From contig JAVCCG010000017.1 in the NCBI GenBank assembly GCA_030765605.1, positions 35,582-99,581 of the forward strand: a stretch of DNA of 64,000 nucleotides, in the 5' to 3' direction. A program made the position numbers and the translations under genes. The DNA comes from Candidatus Alcyoniella australis (lineage in GTDB: Bacteria > Lernaellota > Lernaellaia > JAVCCG01 > Alcyoniellaceae). The notes beneath the pieces are model-generated. The model saw nothing but the letters and a program-made list of their open reading frames with translations. It searched no databases and had not been told where the DNA came from. Below are positions 54,778 to 64,000 of this stretch, one piece after another (positions within the stretch are counted from its first letter, which is position 1; each line of letters starts with the position of its first letter).

Positions 54778-55877
54778 CGTTCGCCCTCCAAAAAGAAGTA
54801 GTGTCCCTCGAGCCCCACAGGATGCAATTTAATCAGCAGCCCACGCTCGCGCGCATAGCTGAAAAGCTCGTCCAGCCGTTGACGGGGGACCTCGACGAAC
54901 TGGCCCACAGTGTGCACGCCGTCGCCCTTGCGCACCTCGAAAGCCCGCTTGAGCTGATCGTCCCAGGATTCGACCTGCACAACGGCGGACCCCGCGTTGT
55001 CCAGATCGTCGAACAGCGCCGGCTCTCTGGTGGGTACGTTCTCCAACGATCCGTCCGAGCGGATCAGCACGCAGTGCGAGGGATAGCACAGCACCCAGGC
55101 GTTGTAATAGAAGCTGAAGGTCGCGTTGTCCGGCCTGGTGGTCACCTGCGACAGGGCCTTGCTCAGATTCGGATCGCGGCGCGCGACGGGATGGCGCACG
55201 CCAAGATCGCCGGACTTGAACAGCAGCTCTCCCAGCCGTTGGGCAGGGAAGATCACCGCCCACTGGCTGGGCGTATCAGCGGGGCTGACCGTGCGTGATT
55301 GCGCCGCCCGCAGCCGCTGCTGGGCCGGGGCGTTGATGTGCACGAAGCTCGTCGAGTCCTCGGGATCGTACTGCTCCAGCGGCTCGCCGGGCGCCGTGCT
55401 CAGCCGCTGGGGCACCCAGAACAGACGGTCGACAGCACAGGCGCAGAACTGATACCAGCGCAGCTGGAACTCCTCGCGCATTTGCAGTGGCCGGTACTTG
55501 ACCTCGACCGCGATGGTCTGGCCGGGCCAGATCAGGCCTTCGCTGAAAAAGCGTTCGGTCGTTCCGCGCGCCCCCGGGTCGTAGTTGTAGCCGCCCTGCT
55601 GATGATCGACCTCCAGCGCTCCGCGCGCCGTGCGCTGGAAGGTGTAGACGGTCCAGGGGTAGTCCTTGCGCTGTATGTCGTAGAGCACGTGCGGCTGGCT
55701 GTCCTTGTTGGTGATCTCGAACACGACCTTGACCAGCTCGCCCTCGCCCGCTGATTCGGGCACACGGGTGCTGATTTTGAACGGCGGCGAGTCCACGTGC
55801 TCAACAGGCGGCAATGCCGCCGCAGGTAGGCAGGCGATCAACAGCAGCGCGACAATCAATGCGGCTGGTTTGTACAA
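54774..55877 (-). CDS. secreted hypothetical protein (367 aa)
   Basis: Signal peptide MYKPAALIVALLLIACLPAAA. No recognised domain. Confidence 0.45.
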   Translation of the reverse strand: MYKPAALIVALLLIACLPAAALPPVEHVDSPPFKISTRVPESAGEGELVKVVFEITNKDSQPHVLYDIQRKDYPWTVYTFQRTARGALEVDHQQGGYNYDPGARGTTERFFSEGLIWPGQTIAVEVKYRPLQMREEFQLRWYQFCACAVDRLFWVPQRLSTAPGEPLEQYDPEDSTSFVHINAPAQQRLRAAQSRTVSPADTPSQWAVIFPAQRLGELLFKSGDLGVRHPVARRDPNLSKALSQVTTRPDNATFSFYYNAWVLCYPSHCVLIRSDGSLENVPTREPALFDDLDNAGSAVVQVESWDDQLKRAFEVRKGDGVHTVGQFVEVPRQRLDELFSYARERGLLIKLHPVGLEGHYFFLEGER

Positions 55878-55978
55878 GCTTCACTCCATCTGGGACCGCG
55901 CTGATCTTAGCAAGAGGGCCGCCGGGGTAGCAACGCCATTTGACAGGCACTCAACGGCTGCGGACAATGAATTGCACT

Positions 55979-57076
55979 ATGCGAACTATCCACCTGCTCG
56001 CCCTGGCCGCTATTGCGGCGCTGCTGTTGCCGACCCTGTGCTGCACTGATTACGCGGACTACTACGGGCCGGGCGGCGAGGGATTGGATTACGATTCCGG
56101 AAACGGGCCGTACGACGACAGCGACTCTTCGGGCTCGTTGCGCGGCGAGGTGAATCCTCTGGGTCCCGAGAACACGGTGGTGCGCGCGATGGCCGCGGAC
56201 GAAAAATATCTTTTCATCGGCACGGACTCGGGCGAGCTGCTGTTCAGTGCGCTGGTGGCCGACCCGCCCAAGTGGACCTCCCTGGGCAGCGTGCCCGAGG
56301 CGGTCAGTGCCTTGGCCATTTCACCCAGAGACAGCGAGCTGCTGATCGCTCTGGACCGCACGTCGGACACGTTGATCTACCGTTTCGACGACTCCCATGG
56401 ATTGATCCCCTCGGACGACGGGATTGTCGATGGCGGCCCGGTGCTGCAGATCGGGGTCGAATCGGGCAACGACGATATGTTCGTCCTGACCCCGCGCGCG
56501 CTGTACGTCAGCGCGGATAACGGCGTCACCTGGGAACGCCGCCTGCATGTGGCCGATGTGGGGTGCGCTGATTTCTACAAGATGGCGATTCATCCCCTGC
56601 TGCCGCAGTCGATCTTCATCATCGGGCTGTGCGACGATCGACCGACCGTGCTGCGCACGCTCAACGGCGGACGCCTGTTCAACAGCATCGAGCTGCCGGC
56701 CCCCGCCGGTGAGGAGGCCTGGTGCCTGGCCGCGTCGACCGATGACCCGCTGCTACTGGTGGCCGGCGGCAGGCGCGGGGTGTGGTCCAGCTCCGATTTG
56801 GGTTCGAGCTGGAGCATCGAGCGTTCATCCGCCCAGTGGGCCCTGAACTTCGACGCATCCTACAGCCGCCACAACGGCAAGCCGCTGTTCGTCGGGCTTG
56901 AGGCCGTGCACTACCGCCTGCTGCTGCTGATGGGCAATCAGGCGGGCACGGCTTGGCAGGACAAGATCGTCGATGGCTATACGGGCGGCAACGACGTGCT
57001 GTGCCCCAGCACGCAGCTCTCCAAGAGCTGCTTCGTGGGCACCGAGGGCAGCGGCGTAGTTTCGCTCATGCCCTGA
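55979..57076 (+). CDS. secreted BNR/Asp-box repeat protein (beta-propeller-like)
   Basis: Signal peptide and Asp-box motifs SADNGVTW and SSDLGSSW. The start is uncertain (55940, 55967 or 55979). Confidence 0.4.
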   Translation: MRTIHLLALAAIAALLLPTLCCTDYADYYGPGGEGLDYDSGNGPYDDSDSSGSLRGEVNPLGPENTVVRAMAADEKYLFIGTDSGELLFSALVADPPKWTSLGSVPEAVSALAISPRDSELLIALDRTSDTLIYRFDDSHGLIPSDDGIVDGGPVLQIGVESGNDDMFVLTPRALYVSADNGVTWERRLHVADVGCADFYKMAIHPLLPQSIFIIGLCDDRPTVLRTLNGGRLFNSIELPAPAGEEAWCLAASTDDPLLLVAGGRRGVWSSSDLGSSWSIERSSAQWALNFDASYSRHNGKPLFVGLEAVHYRLLLLMGNQAGTAWQDKIVDGYTGGNDVLCPSTQLSKSCFVGTEGSGVVSLMP

Positions 57077-57114
57077 GGGCCGCAGTAGAACCCTCATGAA
57101 TAATGCGGGCCAGA

Positions 57115-58015
57115 TCAGTCGGGTTTGTAGCCCAGTTCGGCCAGGGCTTGCGGGTCGCGGGTCCAGTCGCGCTTGAGTTTGACGAACAGCCGCAGCACGA
57201 CCTTACGTCCCAGCAACTGTTCGAGCTCCTCGCGCGCCTGCGTGCCGATCAGTTTGATCGTGCGTCCGGCCGCGCCGATCACCATTCCCTTCTGGCTGTC
57301 GCGTTCGACCCAGATTTCGGCCTCGATTTCGACCGGCGCATCGGACGAGCCGGGTTCCCTGTAATCGATCACGTCCACGGCCGTGGAGTAGGGGATCTCC
57401 TGGCGCATGAGCTTGAAGACTTTTTCGCGCACGATCTCCGCGGCCAGCAGGCGCTCGGTCTGATCGCTGAGCTGGTCGCGTGGGTAATAGGCCGGACCCG
57501 GGGGCAGGGCGTTGACGATCTCGAGCAGCAGATCATCGACTCCGTCGCCGCTGAGCGCGCTGATCGGGATCACCTGCGACACGCCGGGCAGGCCGCTGTA
57601 ATGCTCGATCATCGGCAGCAGCTCGAGCCGGTCGATCTTGTCGATTTTGTTCAGCGTGCAGATGCAGGCGATCTTGGCCTCGTGCAGACGATCGGCGATC
57701 TGTTCGTCGCGCCTGCGGTCGGGCTTGAGGCAGTCGACGAGCAGCACGGCCAGGTCGGCGTCCTTGATTACGCTCCAGGCCTCGCGCTGCATGTAGGCGG
57801 TCAGCCGCTTGTCGGTCCGCCCCAGGATGCCCGGTGTGTCCAGGAACAACACCTGGGCCTGGGGCAGGTTGAGGATCCCCAGAATGCGTTTGCGCGTGGT
57901 CTGGGGTTTGGCCGAGACTGCGGCGATTTTCTGGCCGAGCAGGCAGTTGAGCAGGGTGGATTTGCCCGCGTTGGGCTTGCCCAACAGCGCGACGTAGCCC
58001 GAACGCAGTTCGCTT

Positions 58016-58044
<29 letters not shown>
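57115..58044 (-). CDS. era: GTPase Era
   Basis: GKPNAGKSTLLN P-loop, DTPG motif and C-terminal KH domain; 309 aa. Confidence 0.85.
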
Positions 58045-58756
<712 letters not shown>

Positions 58757-58815
58757 TTAATCCCAGGCTAAGCTCACTGTCAACCTCGGATATTACCGTA
58801 TGGTATAAATCGACC

Positions 58816-60273
58816 GTGCCAAAGCAGCCTTTAACAGACCGCGGAGAGCGCCGCAGGGCCCAAAGCCGCGCCGAGCGCTTGGGATTGCTGCTGGCGGTTT
58901 TAGGCGGGGTCGCACTGCGGCTGCCGCTGATCGACGCTTGCGGAATCATGCCTGCCGACGGCCTGCGCCTGGCAGTCTGGTCGATCACCGTGCAGGACAA
59001 AGCGCTGCCGCTCTATCCGCTGCTGCTCCAGGCGATGCGGCCGCTGTGCGGCAACGCGCAGCTCGCCGGCGGGCTGGTCGCGGCATTGCTCGGGGCGTGG
59101 GCCGTGGTGCCGCTCTACCTTTTGTTGAGCGAGCGGGTAAGTCGCGTCGCGGGCTGGATCGGCGTGCTGATCGCCTCGAGCTCGTTGCACTGCATTGCGC
59201 TCAGCGCCGGGGTCGTGCCCAATCCGGCGTTGATCGTGCCGCTGCTTTACGCCTGGCTCTTTTGGGGCCGACTAGATCCGGACGACCGCGCGAACCTGAT
59301 TAAATTCAACCTGGCCTGCGGCCTGGCCGCTCTGGCGCGTCCCGAGGGTTGGGCGCTGATCGCACCCTGCGCCTGGGCCAACTATCGCTACATCCGGCAA
59401 CGGGGTTTCTCTCGTTGGCTGGGGCCGGGTCTGGCCGCGGCGCTGCCCTACCTGGCGCTGGTCGGCTGGATGGCGCTGCTGGGGCACAGCGGCTACGCCG
59501 GCGAGTTCTTTGGCTACTCACTATCACGGCTGAGCGTCGGGGGCGTGCTGCACGGCCTGACCGGCTATCTCGCGGCGCTGGTGGGACACGGGTTTGCCTG
59601 GTGGTGCCTCGTTGCGCTCTGCGGCTGCGTCGCGGCGCTGTGTGGAAAGGGGTTTGCGCGCAGCCTGGCGTTCGAGGCGCTGGCGATTGTGGCGGTGCTG
59701 CTCGCGGCGCTCTCGATCCAGTGGGCGCCGGACCTGCACCGGTTGCTCACGCCCGCGGTCTTTGCGGTCTACGTGAGCGCTGCGGCGGCCCTTGGCGCGC
59801 TGCTGCGCGGGCTGCGGGCACGCAGGACGTTGCAAAGCGCGGTCGCGGTGACGATCGGGTTACTGGTGTTGCTCAGCGCGGCCCTGAGCTACGGCATTCT
59901 CTCCGATGCGCGCCAGGATCTGCGCGGTGTGTTCGACGATCGACTGCGGTCCTGGCAGGTCGCGGCGGCCGCGACTCAGGGCCGATTGCACAGCGACCTG
60001 CCGCTGGAGGCCTCGTACTATTCGGGCCGCGAATTCGACCGTTACTCGATCGAGACTGCGCTGCCCGGCGATACGTTGGCGCTGCACAGCACCGAGGGCT
60101 GCCTGGAACAGCGGATCGATGAGTTGCGGGAGCGCTTCGAGCTGCGAGTGCTGCGCCGGTTGACCGCTCCCCGGGCTTTTAAGTACGGCCCGGCCAACGT
60201 AAGCTGTTTCAATGGAAGCGATCCGGGAGAGCTGCACGTCTCGATAGTGATCGCTCTGGACCAAGTGAGGTAA
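58816..60273 (+). CDS. GT-C superfamily membrane glycosyltransferase-like protein (ArnT/PMT, GT39/GT83-like)
   Basis: 485 aa, about 10 TM helices plus a roughly 130-aa C-terminal soluble domain. Topology resembles ArnT-like proteins. No decisive motif. Confidence 0.35.
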   Translation: MPKQPLTDRGERRRAQSRAERLGLLLAVLGGVALRLPLIDACGIMPADGLRLAVWSITVQDKALPLYPLLLQAMRPLCGNAQLAGGLVAALLGAWAVVPLYLLLSERVSRVAGWIGVLIASSSLHCIALSAGVVPNPALIVPLLYAWLFWGRLDPDDRANLIKFNLACGLAALARPEGWALIAPCAWANYRYIRQRGFSRWLGPGLAAALPYLALVGWMALLGHSGYAGEFFGYSLSRLSVGGVLHGLTGYLAALVGHGFAWWCLVALCGCVAALCGKGFARSLAFEALAIVAVLLAALSIQWAPDLHRLLTPAVFAVYVSAAAALGALLRGLRARRTLQSAVAVTIGLLVLLSAALSYGILSDARQDLRGVFDDRLRSWQVAAAATQGRLHSDLPLEASYYSGREFDRYSIETALPGDTLALHSTEGCLEQRIDELRERFELRVLRRLTAPRAFKYGPANVSCFNGSDPGELHVSIVIALDQVR

Positions 60274-60275
60274 AT

Positions 60276-62369
60276 ATGCGCAAAACGGCCTTGGCATTGG
60301 CCTTGGTCTGCCTGCCGCTGCTGCTCGCCTCATCCGCGCTGGCGGAAGAGCGCGGGCTGGAAAAGCTGGTCACGATCCTCCAAGCCCAGGACGCGCGGCA
60401 GGTGACCGAAGGATTGGCGCAGCTTACGCGTGATCCCGACCCGGCGATCGCTGCGCGCGCCCTGCGCGCCCTGGGACGCATCGGCGATCCGGTGGCTCTG
60501 CCGTTGCTGCTCGAGGCCCTGCACTCGGGAAACGTTCGCGACGAGGCGATTTTTGCCCTGGGCGAGTTGGAGGACCGCGAGACCCTGGCCTTAATCGGCG
60601 CCAAGCCTGATCCCATGGCGCTCGAAGCCCTGCGCGGCGTGCTTGTCGAACCGACGACGATCCTCTCCCAAGACGTGTTGTTGCGCCGCGCCCTGGCCGT
60701 GGAGGCGCTGGGCAAGCTTCGCGACCGCGAGTGGGTGGAGAAGATCGTTGAGGCGGGCACCATGGGTCTGGGCGGGATGCGCGGCTCGATGCCCGAGTTG
60801 CTGTGCCTCAACGCGATTACCGCGCTGGTGCGCATCGACGACGAGGCTGCGCTGCCGCTGCTGCTCAGCGCCCTTGAGGCCCCGAGCCCGGCGCTACGGC
60901 GCAGTGCGGCTCTCGGGCTGGGGAGGATGGGCCGCACTGAAACAGCGGACGAGCTTTCGGCGCTGTTCAATGATCCTGATCCGGAAGTGCGTTCGGCCGC
61001 GTTGTGGGCGCTGGTGCGGCTTGCGGCGTCGGATAAGGCGAACCTTGCGCTGCGGATGCTCTCCGACCCGGTGCTCGAGGTGCGGATCGAGGCGATCCGA
61101 CTGCTGGCGCTGGGTTCGGGCCCGGAGGTCAGCGGCGCGTTGTTCCATCATCTGCGGCGCAGCGGCGGCCGTCCGCCCGCGGCTTACAATAACGAGGATC
61201 TCGAGGTGCTGCGCGCCCTGGGCCGACTGGGCGGCAAGGACGAACGCAACCTGCTCTCGATGCTCGTGAGTCAGCCCGGGCCGGCCGGGTTGACTGCGCG
61301 CTGGGCCTATGCGACCTGCAAGACAGTGGAAGACCGCGACGTGCTGACCGTGGAGCGCAAGTACTATGCGAGTACGCCGCTGTCCTACGTTTCGTGGGCC
61401 GAGGCGCTGGCCCAACGCGGTGGAGAGGCGGGCCGCATCGGGCTGCGCGCGGTAATCGAAGACCCGGCGGCTCCGGCCGAAGCCAAGTGCATTGCGCTGG
61501 ACGCGCTGGCCGACAAGCTGCCCGAGCAGGTCGAGGCCTGGGCCACGGAGTTCCTCTCCCAGCCGGGCAGCCCGCCGCAGCTCAAGGCCGGTGCGGCCCA
61601 GGCCCTGAGCGCGATCCAGAGCCAGAGCGCGTTGGCCGAACTGCTCGCGGCCTGGCCCCGGGCGCATCACGAGGTTGATCCCGACGTGCGGCTCTCGCTG
61701 CTCGACGCGTTGGGCAAGCACGCGGCTCGCCTTGACCAGCGCTCCCAGCGCTGGTCAAGGGTGCGCGCGGCGATCTACTCGGGTACGCGCGATCAACAGC
61801 GGCTGGTCAGGGCGCAGGCGATCAGGTTAATGCGCGAGATCTACAACGAGGACCTGCTCTCGATGCTCGCCCAACAAATGCCCGCGTCCGACGACGGGCG
61901 CTGCGAGCGGGCCGCGCAGTTGATCGGCAAGCTGCGCATACTACGGATCGAGACGCCGCGCGGCCGGATCGACGTGCGGCTGGAGACCGACGATGCGCCG
62001 CTGACCGTGTTGCAGATCAGCGAGCTGGCGCGTTCCGGCGCGTACAACGGACTAATCTTCCACCGCGTTGTGCCCGATTTCGTTGTCCAGGGCGGCGACC
62101 CGCGCGGCACTGGTTGGGGATCGGCCGGCGAGCTGCTGCCGTGCGAAATCAGTCGGCTGCGGTTCGTCACCGGCGCGGTGGGCATGGCCACGGCGGGCAA
62201 GGACACCGGCTCGAGCCAGTTTTTCTTTACGCTCTCGCCCCAGCCGCACCTCGACGGCGGCTACACGGTGTTCGGCGAGGTGGTGCAGGGGATGGACGTG
62301 GTGCGCAGGCTGCTGCCCGGCGACAAGATCGTACGCGCCACGCTGCTCGACCTGCGGCCGCAGCAATAA
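60276..62369 (+). CDS. periplasmic HEAT-repeat protein fused to a cyclophilin-type peptidyl-prolyl isomerase domain
   Basis: Signal peptide. Repeated ALGRIGDPVALPLLL-type HEAT/PBS-lyase repeats. C-terminal FHRVVPDFVVQGGDP...GSQFFFTL cyclophilin signature. Confidence 0.65.
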   Translation: MRKTALALALVCLPLLLASSALAEERGLEKLVTILQAQDARQVTEGLAQLTRDPDPAIAARALRALGRIGDPVALPLLLEALHSGNVRDEAIFALGELEDRETLALIGAKPDPMALEALRGVLVEPTTILSQDVLLRRALAVEALGKLRDREWVEKIVEAGTMGLGGMRGSMPELLCLNAITALVRIDDEAALPLLLSALEAPSPALRRSAALGLGRMGRTETADELSALFNDPDPEVRSAALWALVRLAASDKANLALRMLSDPVLEVRIEAIRLLALGSGPEVSGALFHHLRRSGGRPPAAYNNEDLEVLRALGRLGGKDERNLLSMLVSQPGPAGLTARWAYATCKTVEDRDVLTVERKYYASTPLSYVSWAEALAQRGGEAGRIGLRAVIEDPAAPAEAKCIALDALADKLPEQVEAWATEFLSQPGSPPQLKAGAAQALSAIQSQSALAELLAAWPRAHHEVDPDVRLSLLDALGKHAARLDQRSQRWSRVRAAIYSGTRDQQRLVRAQAIRLMREIYNEDLLSMLAQQMPASDDGRCERAAQLIGKLRILRIETPRGRIDVRLETDDAPLTVLQISELARSGAYNGLIFHRVVPDFVVQGGDPRGTGWGSAGELLPCEISRLRFVTGAVGMATAGKDTGSSQFFFTLSPQPHLDGGYTVFGEVVQGMDVVRRLLPGDKIVRATLLDLRPQQ

Positions 62370-62388
62370 CAGCAACAGTTCGGCGGCG

Positions 62389-63675
62389 CTATTTCTTATT
62401 CAGTGCGCGCTTGCTGACCCTGATTGCGCAGAACTCCCCGCACATAGTGCACACGTCGTCCTCGGTCGGCGGCGTGTTGGCGCGCAGTTCCTCGGCGCGT
62501 TTTGGGTCGATGGCGGACTCGATCTGTCCCGGCCAGTCCTGGGCCACGCGACGCTCGCTCATCTTGCGGTCGAGCGCCCAGGAGTCGGCGCGGCCGCGAG
62601 CTAGGTCAGCGGCATGCGCCGCGATCTTGGAGGCGATCACTCCCTGCCGCACCTGCTCGACGTCGGGCAGCCCGAGGTGCTCGCTGGGCGTGACGTAGCA
62701 CAGGAAGTCCGCGCCGTGCCAGGCGGCCAACGCCCCACCGATGGCGCAGGCGATGTGGTCGTAGCCCGGAGCGATGTCGGTCACCAGCGGACCGAGCACG
62801 TAGAACGGCGCGCCGTCGCAGATCCGCTTCTGCAGCTCGACGTTGCTCTGCACCTGATCCAGCGGCACGTGCCCCGGCCCCTCGACCATCACCTGCACGC
62901 CCGCGGCCCGCGCGCGTTTGGTCAGTTCGCCGAGTACGAACAGCTCGGCGAGCTGGGCCGGATCCGTGGCGTCGACGATCGATCCGGGACGGAATCCGTC
63001 GCCCAAGCTGAGCACAACCTCGTGCTCGGCCGCGATCTGCAGCAATTCGTCATAGCGCTCGTAGAGCGGGTTTTCCGCCTTGTTGTGCATCATCCACTCG
63101 ACGAGGAACGAGCCGCCGCGGCTGACAATGCCCATCAGTCGCGGGTTGTCCAACAGTACCTTGAGCGAGTTGCGGTTGATGCCGCAGTGCACGGTGATGA
63201 AGTCGACTCCACCCTCGCATTGGCGGCGGATCACCTCGAACAGCAGGTCCGGGTCGAGGTCGGCCAGGCCCACGCCGCAGGCGATCGATTCGATGACCGC
63301 CTGGTAGATCGGCACGGTGCCCAGCGGGACCGGGCATTGCGCGAGGATCTCGCGGCGCACCGCGTCGATATCGCCGCCGGTGGAGAGGTCCATCACCGTG
63401 TCGGCCCCGGCGTCGAGCGCCGCCCGCAGCTTGTCCAGCTCGAATTGCAGGTCCGCGCGGTCCTTGCTGGTGCCGATGTTGGCGTTGACCTTGATCCGCG
63501 CGCCGCCGCCCACAGCCAGCGGCTCGATCTGCGGCCGGTGCAGGTTGCGCGTGATCACCGCCTTGCCCGCGGCGACCTGCTCGGCCAGGCTTTCGGGCTC
63601 GAGCCCCTCGCTGTGCGCGGCCTGAACCACGGATTGGGGAAGTGTGCCGGACTTGAGTTGTTCGAGTAGAGTCAT
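62389..63675 (-). CDS. thiC: phosphomethylpyrimidine synthase
   Basis: 428 aa. VMDLSTGGDI and the C-terminal radical-SAM-like Cys cluster region typical of ThiC. Confidence 0.8.
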   Translation of the reverse strand: MTLLEQLKSGTLPQSVVQAAHSEGLEPESLAEQVAAGKAVITRNLHRPQIEPLAVGGGARIKVNANIGTSKDRADLQFELDKLRAALDAGADTVMDLSTGGDIDAVRREILAQCPVPLGTVPIYQAVIESIACGVGLADLDPDLLFEVIRRQCEGGVDFITVHCGINRNSLKVLLDNPRLMGIVSRGGSFLVEWMMHNKAENPLYERYDELLQIAAEHEVVLSLGDGFRPGSIVDATDPAQLAELFVLGELTKRARAAGVQVMVEGPGHVPLDQVQSNVELQKRICDGAPFYVLGPLVTDIAPGYDHIACAIGGALAAWHGADFLCYVTPSEHLGLPDVEQVRQGVIASKIAAHAADLARGRADSWALDRKMSERRVAQDWPGQIESAIDPKRAEELRANTPPTEDDVCTMCGEFCAIRVSKRALNKK

Positions 63676-63919
63676 CTCTTCCCTCCAGGGCGGAGCCGTG
63701 TTTCCCGCCTGGGCGGCGGTGTCTCAATCCACTGAGACACCCCCAGCGGCGGCCCCTTTTTAAGCCCGGCCTCGCCTGCAAGTCAAGCTGCACGGCCCAG
63801 GTCGCGGACCGCGAACCGGCGACGCGGGCGGCATGACGGCAGCCTTGCTTTTACAGGGTCGGTTCACTAGATTCATCTCGAACCGCGTACCGTCGGGTTC
63901 AATCACCGGGGAGGAATGG

Positions 63920-64000
63920 GTGCCGATCTACGAGTACGAGTGCCGCCGTTGCGGCGCGACCACCAGCTTTATCGAGAAGATGTTCCAGCGGCCGCGATTG
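63920..64000 (+). CDS. FmdB-family zinc-ribbon protein (5' partial, runs off the window; GTG start)
   Basis: GTG start preceded by SD GGGGAGGA, encoding (M)PIYEYECRRCGATTSFIEKMFQ. Not in the ORF track because of the GTG start. Confidence 0.45.
   Translation, partial: MPIYEYECRRCGATTSFIEKMFQRPRL

Noticed and set aside
63725-63750. Plus-strand CTGAGACACCCCC resembling the TPP-riboswitch CUGAGA...ACCC elements
   Set aside because: It is on the wrong strand for thiC, and no thiamine gene lies downstream on the plus strand; the next gene is an FmdB zinc-ribbon gene.

Overview
This is a 64 kb, gene-dense chromosomal window with high GC (roughly 65-68%), most likely from a Gram-negative bacterium; the evidence is the many lipobox lipoproteins, a FadL-type outer-membrane protein and an Era/RNase III pair. 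I can support about 60 protein-coding genes, one tRNA-Arg(ACG), four near-consensus sigma70-type promoters and several rho-independent terminators. I found no CRISPR array, IS element or rRNA. Confidently recognisable housekeeping genes include ald, metK-ahcY, trxB, tsaC, carB, selA, rnc-era, thiC and a short-form transaldolase. The accessory content is dominated by secreted or lipoprotein hydrolases (S9, M18, M23, MepA-like, CocE/NonD, DegP-like, patatin-like, alkaline-phosphatase family) and two GT-C-type membrane glycosyltransferase-like proteins. The items most worth a second look are listed here. (1) A translationally coupled operon of a MenA/UbiA prenyltransferase, a YfhO-like GT-C membrane protein, a geranylgeranyl-reductase (MenJ-like) flavoprotein and a polytopic membrane protein. 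(2) A korA-korB (2-oxoacid:ferredoxin oxidoreductase alpha/beta, without gamma/delta) operon coupled to tryptophanase. (3) An operon of a FadL-like outer-membrane protein, a CocE/NonD hydrolase and a DegT-fold protein whose Schiff-base lysine appears to be replaced. (4) A family of palindrome-containing repeat elements of about 140 bp, present as two tandem copies plus a third copy. (5) A 640 bp AT-rich island. (6) Recurrent poly-Asp tracts directly after the lipobox Cys in several lipoproteins. (7) A GT-C glycosyltransferase-like gene coupled to a periplasmic HEAT-repeat/cyclophilin fusion. All functional calls rest on motif recognition by eye; no database search was run.
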